A stretch of 62,575 nucleotides of DNA, filler included, from Thermodesulfobacteriota bacterium (GTDB taxonomy: Bacteria; DASVDK01): the NCBI GenBank assembly GCA_036381125.1. It is 6 parts of 6 records of this genome, joined end to end, with 100 filler letters (N's around TTAATTAATTAA, not from the genome) between each part and the next. Parts side by side here need not be neighbours in the genome. Positions count along the whole stretch, not along the records: positions 36,899 to 55,243 come from DASVDK010000163.1; 5 more parts are not named here. One strand, written 5' to 3'. The position numbers and the translations under genes were made by a program. Under the pieces are notes generated by a model. It worked only from the letters and a program-made list of their open reading frames with translations, ran no database searches and was not told where the DNA came from. This document shows, piece after piece, positions 40,846 to 49,718 of the stretch (its first letter is position 1; each line of letters opens with the position of its first letter).

Positions 40846-41454
40846 GTGTCCGCCGCGCTGGTCCTGATCGATCTCCAGAACGACGTCGTCAACAATCGGT
40901 CCGAGCGGATCCGCGAGATCGTCCGGCGATCCGCCGTCGTCGATCACTGCGTCGCGGCAGTGGCTCGCGCCCGCCGGGCTCGAATACCAGTGATTTTCGT
41001 CACCGTGGTCCGCCGTCCCAACGGCGTGGACGCCGTGAAGAACGTCACCGACGTGTCGCTGCGGCAGGCGGAGCGAGGCGTCGCCGAACCTCTCACGTGC
41101 ATCGAGGGGACCGAGGGGGCGGCGCTCGTGCGGGAGCTCCCCGTGGAGGCGGGCGACTTCGTCGTGGTCAAGCGCCGTCGGAGCGCGTTCAACGGAACGG
41201 AGCTCGACTGGCTCTTGAGGCGTCTGTCGGTGGACACGGTGCTGCTCGGCGGCGTGGCCACCAACTGGGGCGTCGAGAGCACGGCCCGAGACGCGTACGA
41301 CCTCGGTTACGACGTCGTCGTCCTGTCCGACTGCTGCTGCGGGTTCTCCGAGGCCGACCACGACTGGACGATGAAGAACATCCTCCCGAACATGGCGCGT
41401 GTCATGGGCTGGGAGCAGGCCCTGGCGAGCGTCGAGCACGCCCGGCCGAGCTGA
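40846..41454 (+). CDS. Isochorismatase/cysteine-hydrolase-family protein (YecD-like, nucleophile Cys replaced by Gly)
   Basis: GGAGGT RBS plus GTG; LVLIDLQND, VKRRRSAF.GT.L, GVATNWGVESTARDAYD.GY. Confidence 0.9.
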   Translation: MSAALVLIDLQNDVVNNRSERIREIVRRSAVVDHCVAAVARARRARIPVIFVTVVRRPNGVDAVKNVTDVSLRQAERGVAEPLTCIEGTEGAALVRELPVEAGDFVVVKRRRSAFNGTELDWLLRRLSVDTVLLGGVATNWGVESTARDAYDLGYDVVVLSDCCCGFSEADHDWTMKNILPNMARVMGWEQALASVEHARPS

Positions 41455-41473
41455 CCCGGATCGGGGGAAAGAA

Positions 41474-41498
41474 GCGGGGGGCCGAAGGCACCCCCCGC
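41474..41498 (-). terminator. Putative intrinsic terminator
   Basis: GC stem gcggggggcc-gaa-ggcaccccccgc between convergent genes, followed on the minus strand by TTCTTT. Confidence 0.5.
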
Positions 41499-41506
41499 CC
41501 TCGGGG

Positions 41507-43435
41507 TCAGTTACCGATCGAGCTGTTGCGGGCGATGTCCACGATGGCGTCGGCATCGCTCTGCAGGAGGTACCGATCGCGGACGAGCTTCCGGGCGGCC
41601 TTCTCCACCTCCTTCACGTACTTCTCGTGGCTCCTGTAACGCTCCTCGAGGGACTTCCTCGGGTCGCCGGACGCCCTGCGCTCGTCCCGGGTGGCAGCGA
41701 ATGGGAGGTAGGACCCTGTGCCGACGCACTGCTCGCCGGGCGCGAAGCCTTCGCGGCGCAGGTTCCAGCCGGTGAAGGTCCCGATCGGGACGGCCAGGTT
41801 CGGGTGCCGGACGCCGTCGATCATGTTGCCGTCCTTGTCGACGCGACCCACGAACACCGGGTAGTGCCGGCCCTGCACGGGCGGCACGAAGCGGTGGTCG
41901 TTCAACTGGAGCGTGTTGTAGCTGCCGCTGTAGGTCACGCCCGGGATGTCGGGGAAGCGGAGCGTGCGGGCCGGCACCAGGCCGCCGTTCTTGACCGTGG
42001 GGAAGCGGCTCGGCGGCGGCGTGCCGTTCGCCACCCAGTGGTAGAGCGCCACGGTCAGCGCGCGGCGGATCTGCGAGAGCGCCATCGGGTTGTTGAGGTT
42101 CTGGCAGATGCCGAAGCTCGGGACCGCCACGCCGACGCCGGCCCCGCCGCCGTGCTGCGTGCCGGAGATCAGGTAGACGCGCACGTTGTCGGGCAGCTCG
42201 ATGTGTCGGCCGCGGGTGTCGGTCACGATGAGCGACGAGCGCGCCTGCCAGATCTCCGCCTCGCCGTCGGTGTGGACGATCCTGGGGCAGGTGCGCGTGA
42301 GCCGGCACTTCACGAGGAGGCCGTCGATGCGCCGGCTGATGGGGTCGAACAGGGTCGCGTACGTGAAGGGGAACTGGTCGCCCGGGAACGAATGGTCCTC
42401 GTGCTGCTTCTGCCACCGGCCCGGCTGCGAGAACTGGTAGTTGGTGAACGTCTTGCGCGAGCCGGCGATGTCCGGGTGCATGCCGTCGAAGACGATGCGG
42501 CCGCGCTCGTCCTCGTTGAAGCCCTGGTAGAGCATGTCCCGCAGGTACCGGCCGCTCTGGGAGATGCCGAGGGAGATGGCGACCTTCGGGCGGCGCCCGG
42601 CGAACAGGAGCGGGTTCGGGTTGCCCTGGCCGTCGGCCGTCTCGTAACGGAGGAACGAGATGGCGTCGCGCATGGCCGCGAAGCCGAGACCCATGACGAT
42701 GGGGTCCTTCGCCTGGTAGATGAACTCGTAGATCGCGCCGAAGTCGAACCCGGCGGGCCGGGTGATCTGGATCTGCCGCTCGTCGAGGTAGGTCCAGCTC
42801 GTGATCGGCTGCCGCGGGTCCATCTCGTTCTGGCGCACCGTCAGCGTCGCCTGCGACGGGTCGAGCGACGCGGCGGGGTAGACGAGGCGAGCGGTCACCG
42901 GGTCGGCGGTGTTGGTGTCGAAGATGAACTCCTCGCGCGCCGTTCCGACGATCGAGGTGCCGTCGGGGTTCTTCGCGATCGGCAGGAAGGGGACGATGTT
43001 GGTCGCCGTCGGTTCGAGGTCGCCCTGCCACCCGACGCGCACCAGCGCGAAGCCCATCTCGAGAAGGACGTCGTCGCCCGCGCCGGCGCCGCCCCGGTTG
43101 GGTACGGTATGGTAGATGGCCCGGTTCCAGCGTGACATGTCGATCGGGCGGTAGATCTCGACCGTCGTGCTGTACTCCACCATCCCGCCGGCGTTGCGCG
43201 GCGCCCTGTCGATGTTCACGATGCCTCGGTGGCGGCGGTCGTCCGGGTCGACCTCGCCGTAGGCGAGGCCCCGGAGGCGTTCGTACTGACCGACCGTTCC
43301 GAAGCTGCGGCCGCCGAGCGCCGGAGACTCCACGACGGCGATGTCGATGCGGGTGATCTTCGCGAGCGCATCGCCGGCGACGCCGCCGACGAGCAGGGCG
43401 CAGGCCGGCGCCCATACGAGAATGCCCCTCCTCAT
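41507..43435 (-). CDS. Secreted alpha/beta-hydrolase-domain protein (Abhydrolase_10-like)
   Basis: GGAGG RBS, signal peptide, GISQSGRYLR nucleophile elbow, GFNEDE.GR.VFDG, GTQH, VD.DGN...G.R.P. Confidence 0.85.
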   Translation of the reverse strand: MRRGILVWAPACALLVGGVAGDALAKITRIDIAVVESPALGGRSFGTVGQYERLRGLAYGEVDPDDRRHRGIVNIDRAPRNAGGMVEYSTTVEIYRPIDMSRWNRAIYHTVPNRGGAGAGDDVLLEMGFALVRVGWQGDLEPTATNIVPFLPIAKNPDGTSIVGTAREEFIFDTNTADPVTARLVYPAASLDPSQATLTVRQNEMDPRQPITSWTYLDERQIQITRPAGFDFGAIYEFIYQAKDPIVMGLGFAAMRDAISFLRYETADGQGNPNPLLFAGRRPKVAISLGISQSGRYLRDMLYQGFNEDERGRIVFDGMHPDIAGSRKTFTNYQFSQPGRWQKQHEDHSFPGDQFPFTYATLFDPISRRIDGLLVKCRLTRTCPRIVHTDGEAEIWQARSSLIVTDTRGRHIELPDNVRVYLISGTQHGGGAGVGVAVPSFGICQNLNNPMALSQIRRALTVALYHWVANGTPPPSRFPTVKNGGLVPARTLRFPDIPGVTYSGSYNTLQLNDHRFVPPVQGRHYPVFVGRVDKDGNMIDGVRHPNLAVPIGTFTGWNLRREGFAPGEQCVGTGSYLPFAATRDERRASGDPRKSLEERYRSHEKYVKEVEKAARKLVRDRYLLQSDADAIVDIARNSSIGN

Positions 43436-43500
43436 CTTCGAGCCTCCTCCAGTCGTTCGTGCGTGCCGTGGTCGGAGCGGGACGCGGCTTCCGGAAAGCG

Positions 43501-43528
43501 GGGCGCGGGCCTCCCGGCGCCCGCGCCC
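43501..43528 (-). terminator. Putative terminator hairpin
   Basis: Perfect 10-bp stem gggcgcgggc/gcccgcgccc just after the LVIVD gene stop codon. Confidence 0.45.
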
Positions 43529-43549
43529 TGCCGGGACCGACGGCGGCGA

Positions 43550-45007
43550 CTACGGGCGGCCGCCGCTCAGCCCGGCGATCTTCGCGGCCGAGCCGGTCAG
43601 CGCCAGGATGTGGAGCCCGGTCCCCGACCGGTCGGCGATGTAGATGTAGCCGCGGTCGTCGACCTCGACGTTGTTGGTCTGGATGACGACGACCTCCTGG
43701 CCGGCCGGGCCGATCGGGAACGTGTCGTCAGTGGTCGCCGGGATGTAGTAGCCGACCTCCCTGGGGTCGAACGGGTCGCGGATGTCGACGGCCCGCACGC
43801 CCGCGTTGAACCAGGAGACGAAGACGAGCTTCTTGTAGAAGCGCGGCGTGAAGCTCTCGTTCGACGCGTGGGCGCCGAACCGCCCGCCGCGCTGGCAGAA
43901 GTCGCCCTTCTCCTCCGGCACGTTGAAGTTCGAGGTCGGCCACGGCCGCACCACGTCGGTCACGTCGACCATGAAGACCATCTGCCGAGCCTGCTGGCAG
44001 GGCCGGTTCCCGGTCGCCTCGTTGACGAGGACGACGAAGTCCCGCGGGTTGCGCTGGTTGCCCTCCCGGAGTTCCTTCACGTCGACGTCCACGACCGGGA
44101 ACGTCGTGTGGGCGCCCATGAAGGCCGGCGTCTCGAGCCGGCCGATGATCGGCGTCGTGACGTCGTTCGGGTCGCCGTTGACGAGCAGCTCTCGGTCGAG
44201 GACGAGCATGAGGCCGTTCGAGCTGGTGCCGTAGCCGCAGTAGAGCCGCCCGTCGTCGTGCGGCGTGTCGGCCATGGAGATGCAGCCGTGCAGCGAGATG
44301 TCCCGCTCCGGAGTCCCGCCCGGCTCCTGTCCCGGGATCCAGAAGTTCCGGATGAACCGCGGGTCGGCCGGATTGCTCAGGTCGTACACCTGCAGCATCC
44401 GGTCGGTGTTCCAGCCCTCGAGGCCGGAGACGAGGTAGGCGAGCCCGGTGCCGCAGTCCCACCAGTTCTTGTGCGTGCCGGTGAGGTCGCCGCCCGTCGT
44501 CGGGTCCTTGATCGTGCTCACGAGCACCGGGTTCGCCGGGTCGTTGACGTTGTAGACCTCGTGGGCGGCGTTGGCCTGGGTGCGGAGCAGGTAGTACGTC
44601 CCGCCGAGGCGGCAGACCCGCGCCATCTGGGCGCCGCCGGCCTCGCCCACGCCCTCGCCTCCGCCGAGGTGCCTGAGGTAGACCGGCCGTGCCGGGTTCG
44701 TCACGTCGAGGATCGAGGTGCCGTTGCTCTCCGGGAACCGGTCGGGCGTGGACGACTGCCCGCCATGATGGCCCACGTAGGCGATGTAGCGCCCGTTCTG
44801 CTTCACGATGATCGGCTGATAGGCCGAGCGCCCTTGAAGGTTGTCGAAGCCGACGAGCCGCATGTTCTTGCGCTCGGCCCCCTTTGCCGGCTTCGGGCCT
44901 CTGGACGAGGCCGCGTCGACGACGCCGGCCCAGGCGACCAGCGCGGCGAGGGCGAGGAGCGCGGCCTTCCCGCCGCGCGCGGACCGACTGCGGGTTCGAG
45001 GGGCCAT
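43550..45007 (-). CDS. Secreted LVIVD-repeat (beta-propeller) protein
   Basis: GAAGGAGG RBS; NMRLVG..NLQGRSAYQP, ILDVTNP..P, THKNWWDC.TG.AYL, GAHT, CQRGGRFGAH, WFNAGVRAVDIRDP..PREVGYYIP, QTNNVEVDDRGYIY. Confidence 0.88.
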   Translation of the reverse strand: MAPRTRSRSARGGKAALLALAALVAWAGVVDAASSRGPKPAKGAERKNMRLVGFDNLQGRSAYQPIIVKQNGRYIAYVGHHGGQSSTPDRFPESNGTSILDVTNPARPVYLRHLGGGEGVGEAGGAQMARVCRLGGTYYLLRTQANAAHEVYNVNDPANPVLVSTIKDPTTGGDLTGTHKNWWDCGTGLAYLVSGLEGWNTDRMLQVYDLSNPADPRFIRNFWIPGQEPGGTPERDISLHGCISMADTPHDDGRLYCGYGTSSNGLMLVLDRELLVNGDPNDVTTPIIGRLETPAFMGAHTTFPVVDVDVKELREGNQRNPRDFVVLVNEATGNRPCQQARQMVFMVDVTDVVRPWPTSNFNVPEEKGDFCQRGGRFGAHASNESFTPRFYKKLVFVSWFNAGVRAVDIRDPFDPREVGYYIPATTDDTFPIGPAGQEVVVIQTNNVEVDDRGYIYIADRSGTGLHILALTGSAAKIAGLSGGRP

Positions 45008-45162
45008 GGTTCGGCCTCCTTCTTCAACCGCCCCGCCGTGTCCACCCCCGGCCGGAGCGGGTGGTGCCGCTCGCGCATGCCCGGCCACCGGACGCGCGCG
45101 AGGCCGACGGCGATCCGTCGCCCCCCGGCGACGGCTCCGGTAGACGCCGTCGTACGGGTCGC

Positions 45163-45639
45163 TCAGCGCCTCCGCCTCCGCACGTCGAGGCAGATCGGCG
45201 CCGCTTCCTCGGGCGTGGGAGCGCCGATAACGGTCTGGATCGCCGTCCCGACGGCGCCGAGGACCGAGCCGGGCAGCCCGAGGCTCCGGGCGGCGTCGGC
45301 ACGCCGAACATCGGCCGGCGTGAAGCCGATGGGGCGGTTGCGCGGACCCCGGTCGTAGCAGGCGTCGAGCAGGATCACCTGCCCGCGGCAGGCGATCTCG
45401 AAGTCCGTGCAGCCGAGCCAGCGGAGCGTGAGCGTCGAGCAGTCGCGGGGAACGCGGCCGCCCACGAGCGCCGGCGTCAGGTCCCGGCAGCCCCTGGCCG
45501 GGGAGCCGTGCCCGGACGGGCGCGCCCACGCCATCGGCGCCGCGAGGACGCTGCCGGCGAGCCCGGCGGCGCCCGCTCCGGGAATCGTCTCGAGGGGGGC
45601 GGTGCTCGACGGCGGCGCGCCGCACTCCGTCATGCGCAT
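45163..45639 (-). pseudogene. Remnant of a metallo-beta-lactamase-fold protein
   Basis: LTLRWLG...FEI...GQVILLDA.YDRG......GF...DV.RADA is the N-terminal part of UlaG-like MBL proteins. The HxHxDH motif that should follow, and most of the domain, are missing. Confidence 0.6.
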
Positions 45640-45668
45640 CGTCTCTCGCTTCCCCTGTGACGCCGACC

Positions 45669-45700
45669 GACATTGACTGTTTTTAGAACAATGTCATTCT
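45669..45700 (+). promoter_or_regulatory. Promoter/operator upstream of the M24 gene
   Basis: AT-rich patch; inverted repeat GACATTG-N13-CAATGTC (45669-45695) overlapping TTGACT-16 nt-CATTCT. Confidence 0.5.
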
Positions 45701-45905
45701 CACGGAGGCCGCGCATTGTGCGGGCATTCTCGGCCGGCCTTGTCGACATGTGCAGCCGCTCGTAAATGACTTTTTATTGATGCCTCGCGTCACGACGATA
45801 CGCGCGCAGCGGTTGTGACGTCAAGCGGAAAGGGGCGAGGATCCGGGGCTCGGGCTAGACTTCACGTCGACGAGGCTCGCATCGCTCTCTCCGGGAGGCC
45901 CGTGC

Positions 45906-47078
45906 ATGACCAGCGCTCCGTCCGGCATCGTCCCCGGCTCGACCTCGGCCTTCCCCCGGGCCGAGTTCGACGCCCGGATCGCCGCGGCCCGGCGGCTCAT
46001 GGCCGCCCGCGGCCTCGACCTCGCCCTCGTCACCGCGCCCGAGAACGTCTTCTACCTGACCGGGCAGCAGACGCCCGCCTGTCATGCCTTCCAGGGGTTC
46101 TTCCTGCCGGCCGCGGGCGAGCCGTTCCTCCTCGTGCCCCGGCTCGAGCACGCCAGCGCGGTCGCCAATACCTACCTGTCGGACGTGACGCCCTACGAGG
46201 ACACCGTGAAGCCCGCGGTCGCGGTGGCGGCGCTCCTGGCCGAGCGGGGCTGGCTCGGACGGAAGGTCGCCATCGACCGGCAGAGCCGGTTCCTGACGAT
46301 CGCCGCCCACGACAGCCTCGTCGCGGCGCTCGGGCCGCTCGCCGACGCGAGCGGCCTCGTCGAGTCGCTGCGCGTCGTCAAGTCCACCGCCGAGCAGATC
46401 GCCATCGAGGAGGCGGCCCGGTACGCCGAGGCCGGCATGCGCGCCGGCCTGGCGGCCGTCAGGGCCGGCGCGTCGGAGAACGCCGTGGCGGCGGCCATGC
46501 TCGCGGCGACGATCGAGGCGGGAAGCGAGCACGTCGGCATGGAGCCGCTCGTCGCCTCGGGGCCGCGCTCGGGCATCCCGCGGACGACGTGGCGGCGCCG
46601 GACCATGCAGCCGGGCGATGCCGTCCTGCTCGAGCTGGCCGGCTGTTACGACCGCTACCACGCCGCCCTCGTGCGCACCGCCTGGATCGGCCGCGCGCCG
46701 GAGCGGGCGCGGCGCATGGCGGCCGCCTGCGAGGAGGCGCTGGCCGCGGCCCTCGACGCCATGAAGCCGGGCGTGACCTGCGAGGCGGTCCACGCCGCCT
46801 GCCGGGCGGTCATCGACCGGCACGGCTACGGGGACCACGCCCCCGCGCGCACCGGCTCCAGCATCGGGATCGCCTTCGCGCCCGACTGGGGGGAGGGGCA
46901 CATCCTCTCGCTTTCGACCGGCGTCACGCGGGAGCTCGAGCCCGGCATGGTGTTCCACCTGTCGCCGGTCCTGCGCGACCACGGGAGGTTCGCGGTGGGC
47001 GTCGGCGAGACCGTCGTCGTCACCGAGAGCGGCAGCCGGCCGCTCGGCCGGCTGCCGCGCGGCCTCGTCGAGGTCTAG
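45906..47078 (+). CDS. M24 (pita-bread) family hydrolase, creatinase/ectoine-hydrolase-like subgroup
   Basis: F...EF..R....R..M...GLD, PENVFYLTG, LRVVKS.AE, LELAGCY.RYHAAL.RT, RTG.SIG....PDWGE, LEPGMVFH, GETVVVT. Confidence 0.88.
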   Translation: MTSAPSGIVPGSTSAFPRAEFDARIAAARRLMAARGLDLALVTAPENVFYLTGQQTPACHAFQGFFLPAAGEPFLLVPRLEHASAVANTYLSDVTPYEDTVKPAVAVAALLAERGWLGRKVAIDRQSRFLTIAAHDSLVAALGPLADASGLVESLRVVKSTAEQIAIEEAARYAEAGMRAGLAAVRAGASENAVAAAMLAATIEAGSEHVGMEPLVASGPRSGIPRTTWRRRTMQPGDAVLLELAGCYDRYHAALVRTAWIGRAPERARRMAAACEEALAAALDAMKPGVTCEAVHAACRAVIDRHGYGDHAPARTGSSIGIAFAPDWGEGHILSLSTGVTRELEPGMVFHLSPVLRDHGRFAVGVGETVVVTESGSRPLGRLPRGLVEV

Positions 47079-47093
47079 ACCGCGCGGGGCGCA

Positions 47094-47591
47094 TCACGCC
47101 GCCCGGCGAGCCGGAGGGTGGTCCGGCGGCGTCTCCACGAGCACCGAGCCGACGAGCAGGCCGGCCCCGGCGAGCCAGGCCGCGAACGCCGCCACGTGCC
47201 CGTACTCCCAGCGGCCGCGCAGCCGGAGATAGGCCTCGGGCGCCATCTCCGGCGCCGTGCGCAGCACCTCTCCCCACTGGACGTTCACCGGCTGCACCAG
47301 CACGAACCAGAGGCCGAGCGACAGGACCAGGCAGAGCAGGCCCCACACCGTGTACCCGAAGCTCGGGCGGCCGCGGAGCCGCAGCGCCGCCACGGCCGCG
47401 GTGAGGACGGCGCCCACCTGGACGAGCGCGCCGAACGGCCCGTAGAGCCGGTAGAGCGTGCTCGTGACGGCGGTGTAGAGCGGCCCGTCGTACTGCATCT
47501 TCGGCGCGAGCTCGAGGACGTGCGCCAGCCCGGGGCCCATGCCGAGCGCCGCCAGCATGAGCATGAGAAAGCGCCAGGCTCTGAGCGACAC
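47094..47591 (-). CDS. DUF1772-like membrane protein
   Basis: Four TM helices; AHVLEL.PK, V.PVN..W, LR.RWEYGH. Confidence 0.75.
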   Translation of the reverse strand: MSLRAWRFLMLMLAALGMGPGLAHVLELAPKMQYDGPLYTAVTSTLYRLYGPFGALVQVGAVLTAAVAALRLRGRPSFGYTVWGLLCLVLSLGLWFVLVQPVNVQWGEVLRTAPEMAPEAYLRLRGRWEYGHVAAFAAWLAGAGLLVGSVLVETPPDHPPARRAA

Positions 47592-47611
47592 GGCACGCCG
47601 CGGTCCCGGCC

Positions 47612-47845
47612 TCACGCGCGATCGGCGACGGCCGTGACGCCCTCGGCGCGCGCGCAGTGCGCGGAGCAGAAGAACGTGCTCCTGGCCTCGACCCCGTGGC
47701 CGATGACCTTGCAGCCGCAGTGCGCGCAGACCGGCGCGAGCTTGTGGATGGCGCACTCGAAGCTGTCGAAGACGTGTCGGTTGCCGGCGGTGACGACCTC
47801 GAAGGCCAGGTAGTAGTCGTTGCCGCAGACCTCGCATCGGGGCAT
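47612..47845 (-). CDS. Small Cys/His-rich metal-binding protein (prokaryotic metallothionein-like)
   Basis: GGAGGAGG RBS; CEVCGNDY...FDSFECAIHKLAPVCAHCGCKVIGHGVE...FCSAHCA. Confidence 0.85.
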   Translation of the reverse strand: MPRCEVCGNDYYLAFEVVTAGNRHVFDSFECAIHKLAPVCAHCGCKVIGHGVEARSTFFCSAHCARAEGVTAVADRA

Positions 47846-47948
47846 CGCATCCTCCTCCGGAAGCGGTCCGGCCGCGGACCGGCCCCCCCGAGAGGGCACG
47901 TCCGATACCGAGATCCGGCAAGCGGCAACATTTCTCGTGGAGGCCGGC

Positions 47949-49151
47949 TCAGGCGGTCGACCTCGGGGCCGGCGCGGCGGGGGCGACCCCGAGCCGGTAC
48001 GCCAGCCACCCGCTCGTCCCGCACAGGGCCATCACGGCCGCCATCGGCAGCGCCGTGTCGGCGTGGAGCGCGCCGACCAGCATGCCGGCGGCGGCGCCGA
48101 CGAGGAACTGCAGCGTCCCGACGAGCGCCGCGGCGCTCCCCGCGCGCGTGGGGTGCGGGGCCAGTGCGCCGGCGACGGCGTTCGGCTGGATGAAGCCGAG
48201 GCTCGCGATCGCGACGAAGAGCGGCGCGAGAAGGCCGGGAAGCCCGCCGGCGCCGGTCGCGCCGACGGCCAGGACGACGAGGGCGGCCGCGGCGTTCACC
48301 GCGAGCGCGCGGCCGAGGATCGTCCGGCCGGGGAGGCGGGAGAGGAGGCGGAGGTTTGCCTGGGAGGCGCCGATGAGCCCCAGGGCGTTCAGCCCGAAGA
48401 GCCACCCGTAGTGCTCCGGGGCGACGCCGTGGACCTCCATGAAGACGAACGGCGACCCGGTGAGGTAGGCGAAGAGGCTCCCCTGCGCGAGGCCGCCGGC
48501 CATGGCGAAGCCGAGGACCCGGCGATCCGCGAGAAGCTCGCCGTAGACGCGCAGCGCCCTGCCGACCCCGGCGCGGGTTCGCCGCTCGGGCGGGTGCGTC
48601 TCCGGCAGCCAGAGGGCGACCGCCGCGAGGCAGGCCAGGCCGAAGGCGGCGAGCAGCCAGAAGATCGCCGCCCACCCGGCGCGCACCAGGATCTGGCCGC
48701 CGACGAGCGGCGCGAGGATCGGCGCCGCCCCCATGACGAGGAGCAGGAGCGAGAAGACCCGGGCCGACTCCTGCTCCTCGTAGAGGTCGCGCACGACCGC
48801 GCGCGCGAGCACCATGCCCGCGCAGCCGCCGAGCGACTGCACCACGCGAAGGACGACGAGCGCCTCGATCGACCGGGCCAGCGCGCAGCCGACCGAGGCG
48901 GCCACGTAGAGTGCGCAGCCGGCGTAGAGCGGCGGCTTGCGGCCGAGCCGGTCCGAGAGCGGTCCGTAGACCGCCTGCCCCGCGGCGAGCCCGACGAGGA
49001 ACGCCGAGAGCGTCAGCTCCACCGACGCCATGTCCGTCCCGAGGTCGCGCGCGAGCGCCGGGAAGCTCGGCAGGTACATGTCGATCGACATCGGCCCGAA
49101 CGCCGTGAGGGCGCCGAGCAGGAGCGGCAGGTACGCGGGGGCAGGGCGCAT
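47949..49151 (-). CDS. Bcr/CflA-family multidrug efflux MFS transporter
   Basis: SIDMYLPSFP.LA, GQ..YGPLSDRLGRKP, ARAVVRD, APILAP..GG, LPET. Confidence 0.93.
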   Translation of the reverse strand: MRPAPAYLPLLLGALTAFGPMSIDMYLPSFPALARDLGTDMASVELTLSAFLVGLAAGQAVYGPLSDRLGRKPPLYAGCALYVAASVGCALARSIEALVVLRVVQSLGGCAGMVLARAVVRDLYEEQESARVFSLLLLVMGAAPILAPLVGGQILVRAGWAAIFWLLAAFGLACLAAVALWLPETHPPERRTRAGVGRALRVYGELLADRRVLGFAMAGGLAQGSLFAYLTGSPFVFMEVHGVAPEHYGWLFGLNALGLIGASQANLRLLSRLPGRTILGRALAVNAAAALVVLAVGATGAGGLPGLLAPLFVAIASLGFIQPNAVAGALAPHPTRAGSAAALVGTLQFLVGAAAGMLVGALHADTALPMAAVMALCGTSGWLAYRLGVAPAAPAPRSTA

Positions 49152-49190
49152 GGTTCCCTGGGGTTCAGGCCGTTCCATTTTCCAGCGTTC

Positions 49191-49718
49191 TCAACGGGCC
49201 GCAGCCGACCCGCCCCGCGCCTCGCCCCGCCGGGATCCGCCCGGCGTCCTTCCTCGGGCGACGTCCAGCCAGAGCCGGGGCAGCACCCGCGCCGGGTCGG
49301 TGCTCGTCGGCGCCGGGACCGCGCCCACCCGGCGCGCCCCGTCGCGCAGGTAGAAGGCCTCCGCGTGAGGATCGGACTCGACCTCCAGGCCGAGCGCGCC
49401 CCGGCGTCTCGCCTCCTCGAGCGCGTCGGCGAGGAGCTGCCGGCCGAGCCCCCGGCGCCAGTGCCCGGGGCAGACCCAGAGGTGCGCCAGGCTCGCCCGC
49501 GGCCGGCCGGGCCGCAGCGCGTAGAAGCCGCGCACCTCCCCGCCCTGCTGCGCGACCCGCACCACTCCGTCCAGGAACAGGTCCGCCGCGAGCGTCAGCT
49601 CGGATCGCCAGCGCGCGAGGTCGGCTTCGGCGTAGCCCCACGCGCGCCCGGCCGCCAGGGCGATGGCCGACAGCGCCGGCGCCTCCGCGGGCGTGGCGTC
49701 ACGAATCGCGGCAGACAT
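49191..49718 (-). CDS. GNAT-family N-acetyltransferase
   Basis: HLWV.P..WRRGLGRQLL, ESDPHAEAFY...GA. Confidence 0.88.
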   Translation of the reverse strand: MSAAIRDATPAEAPALSAIALAAGRAWGYAEADLARWRSELTLAADLFLDGVVRVAQQGGEVRGFYALRPGRPRASLAHLWVCPGHWRRGLGRQLLADALEEARRRGALGLEVESDPHAEAFYLRDGARRVGAVPAPTSTDPARVLPRLWLDVARGRTPGGSRRGEARGGSAAAR

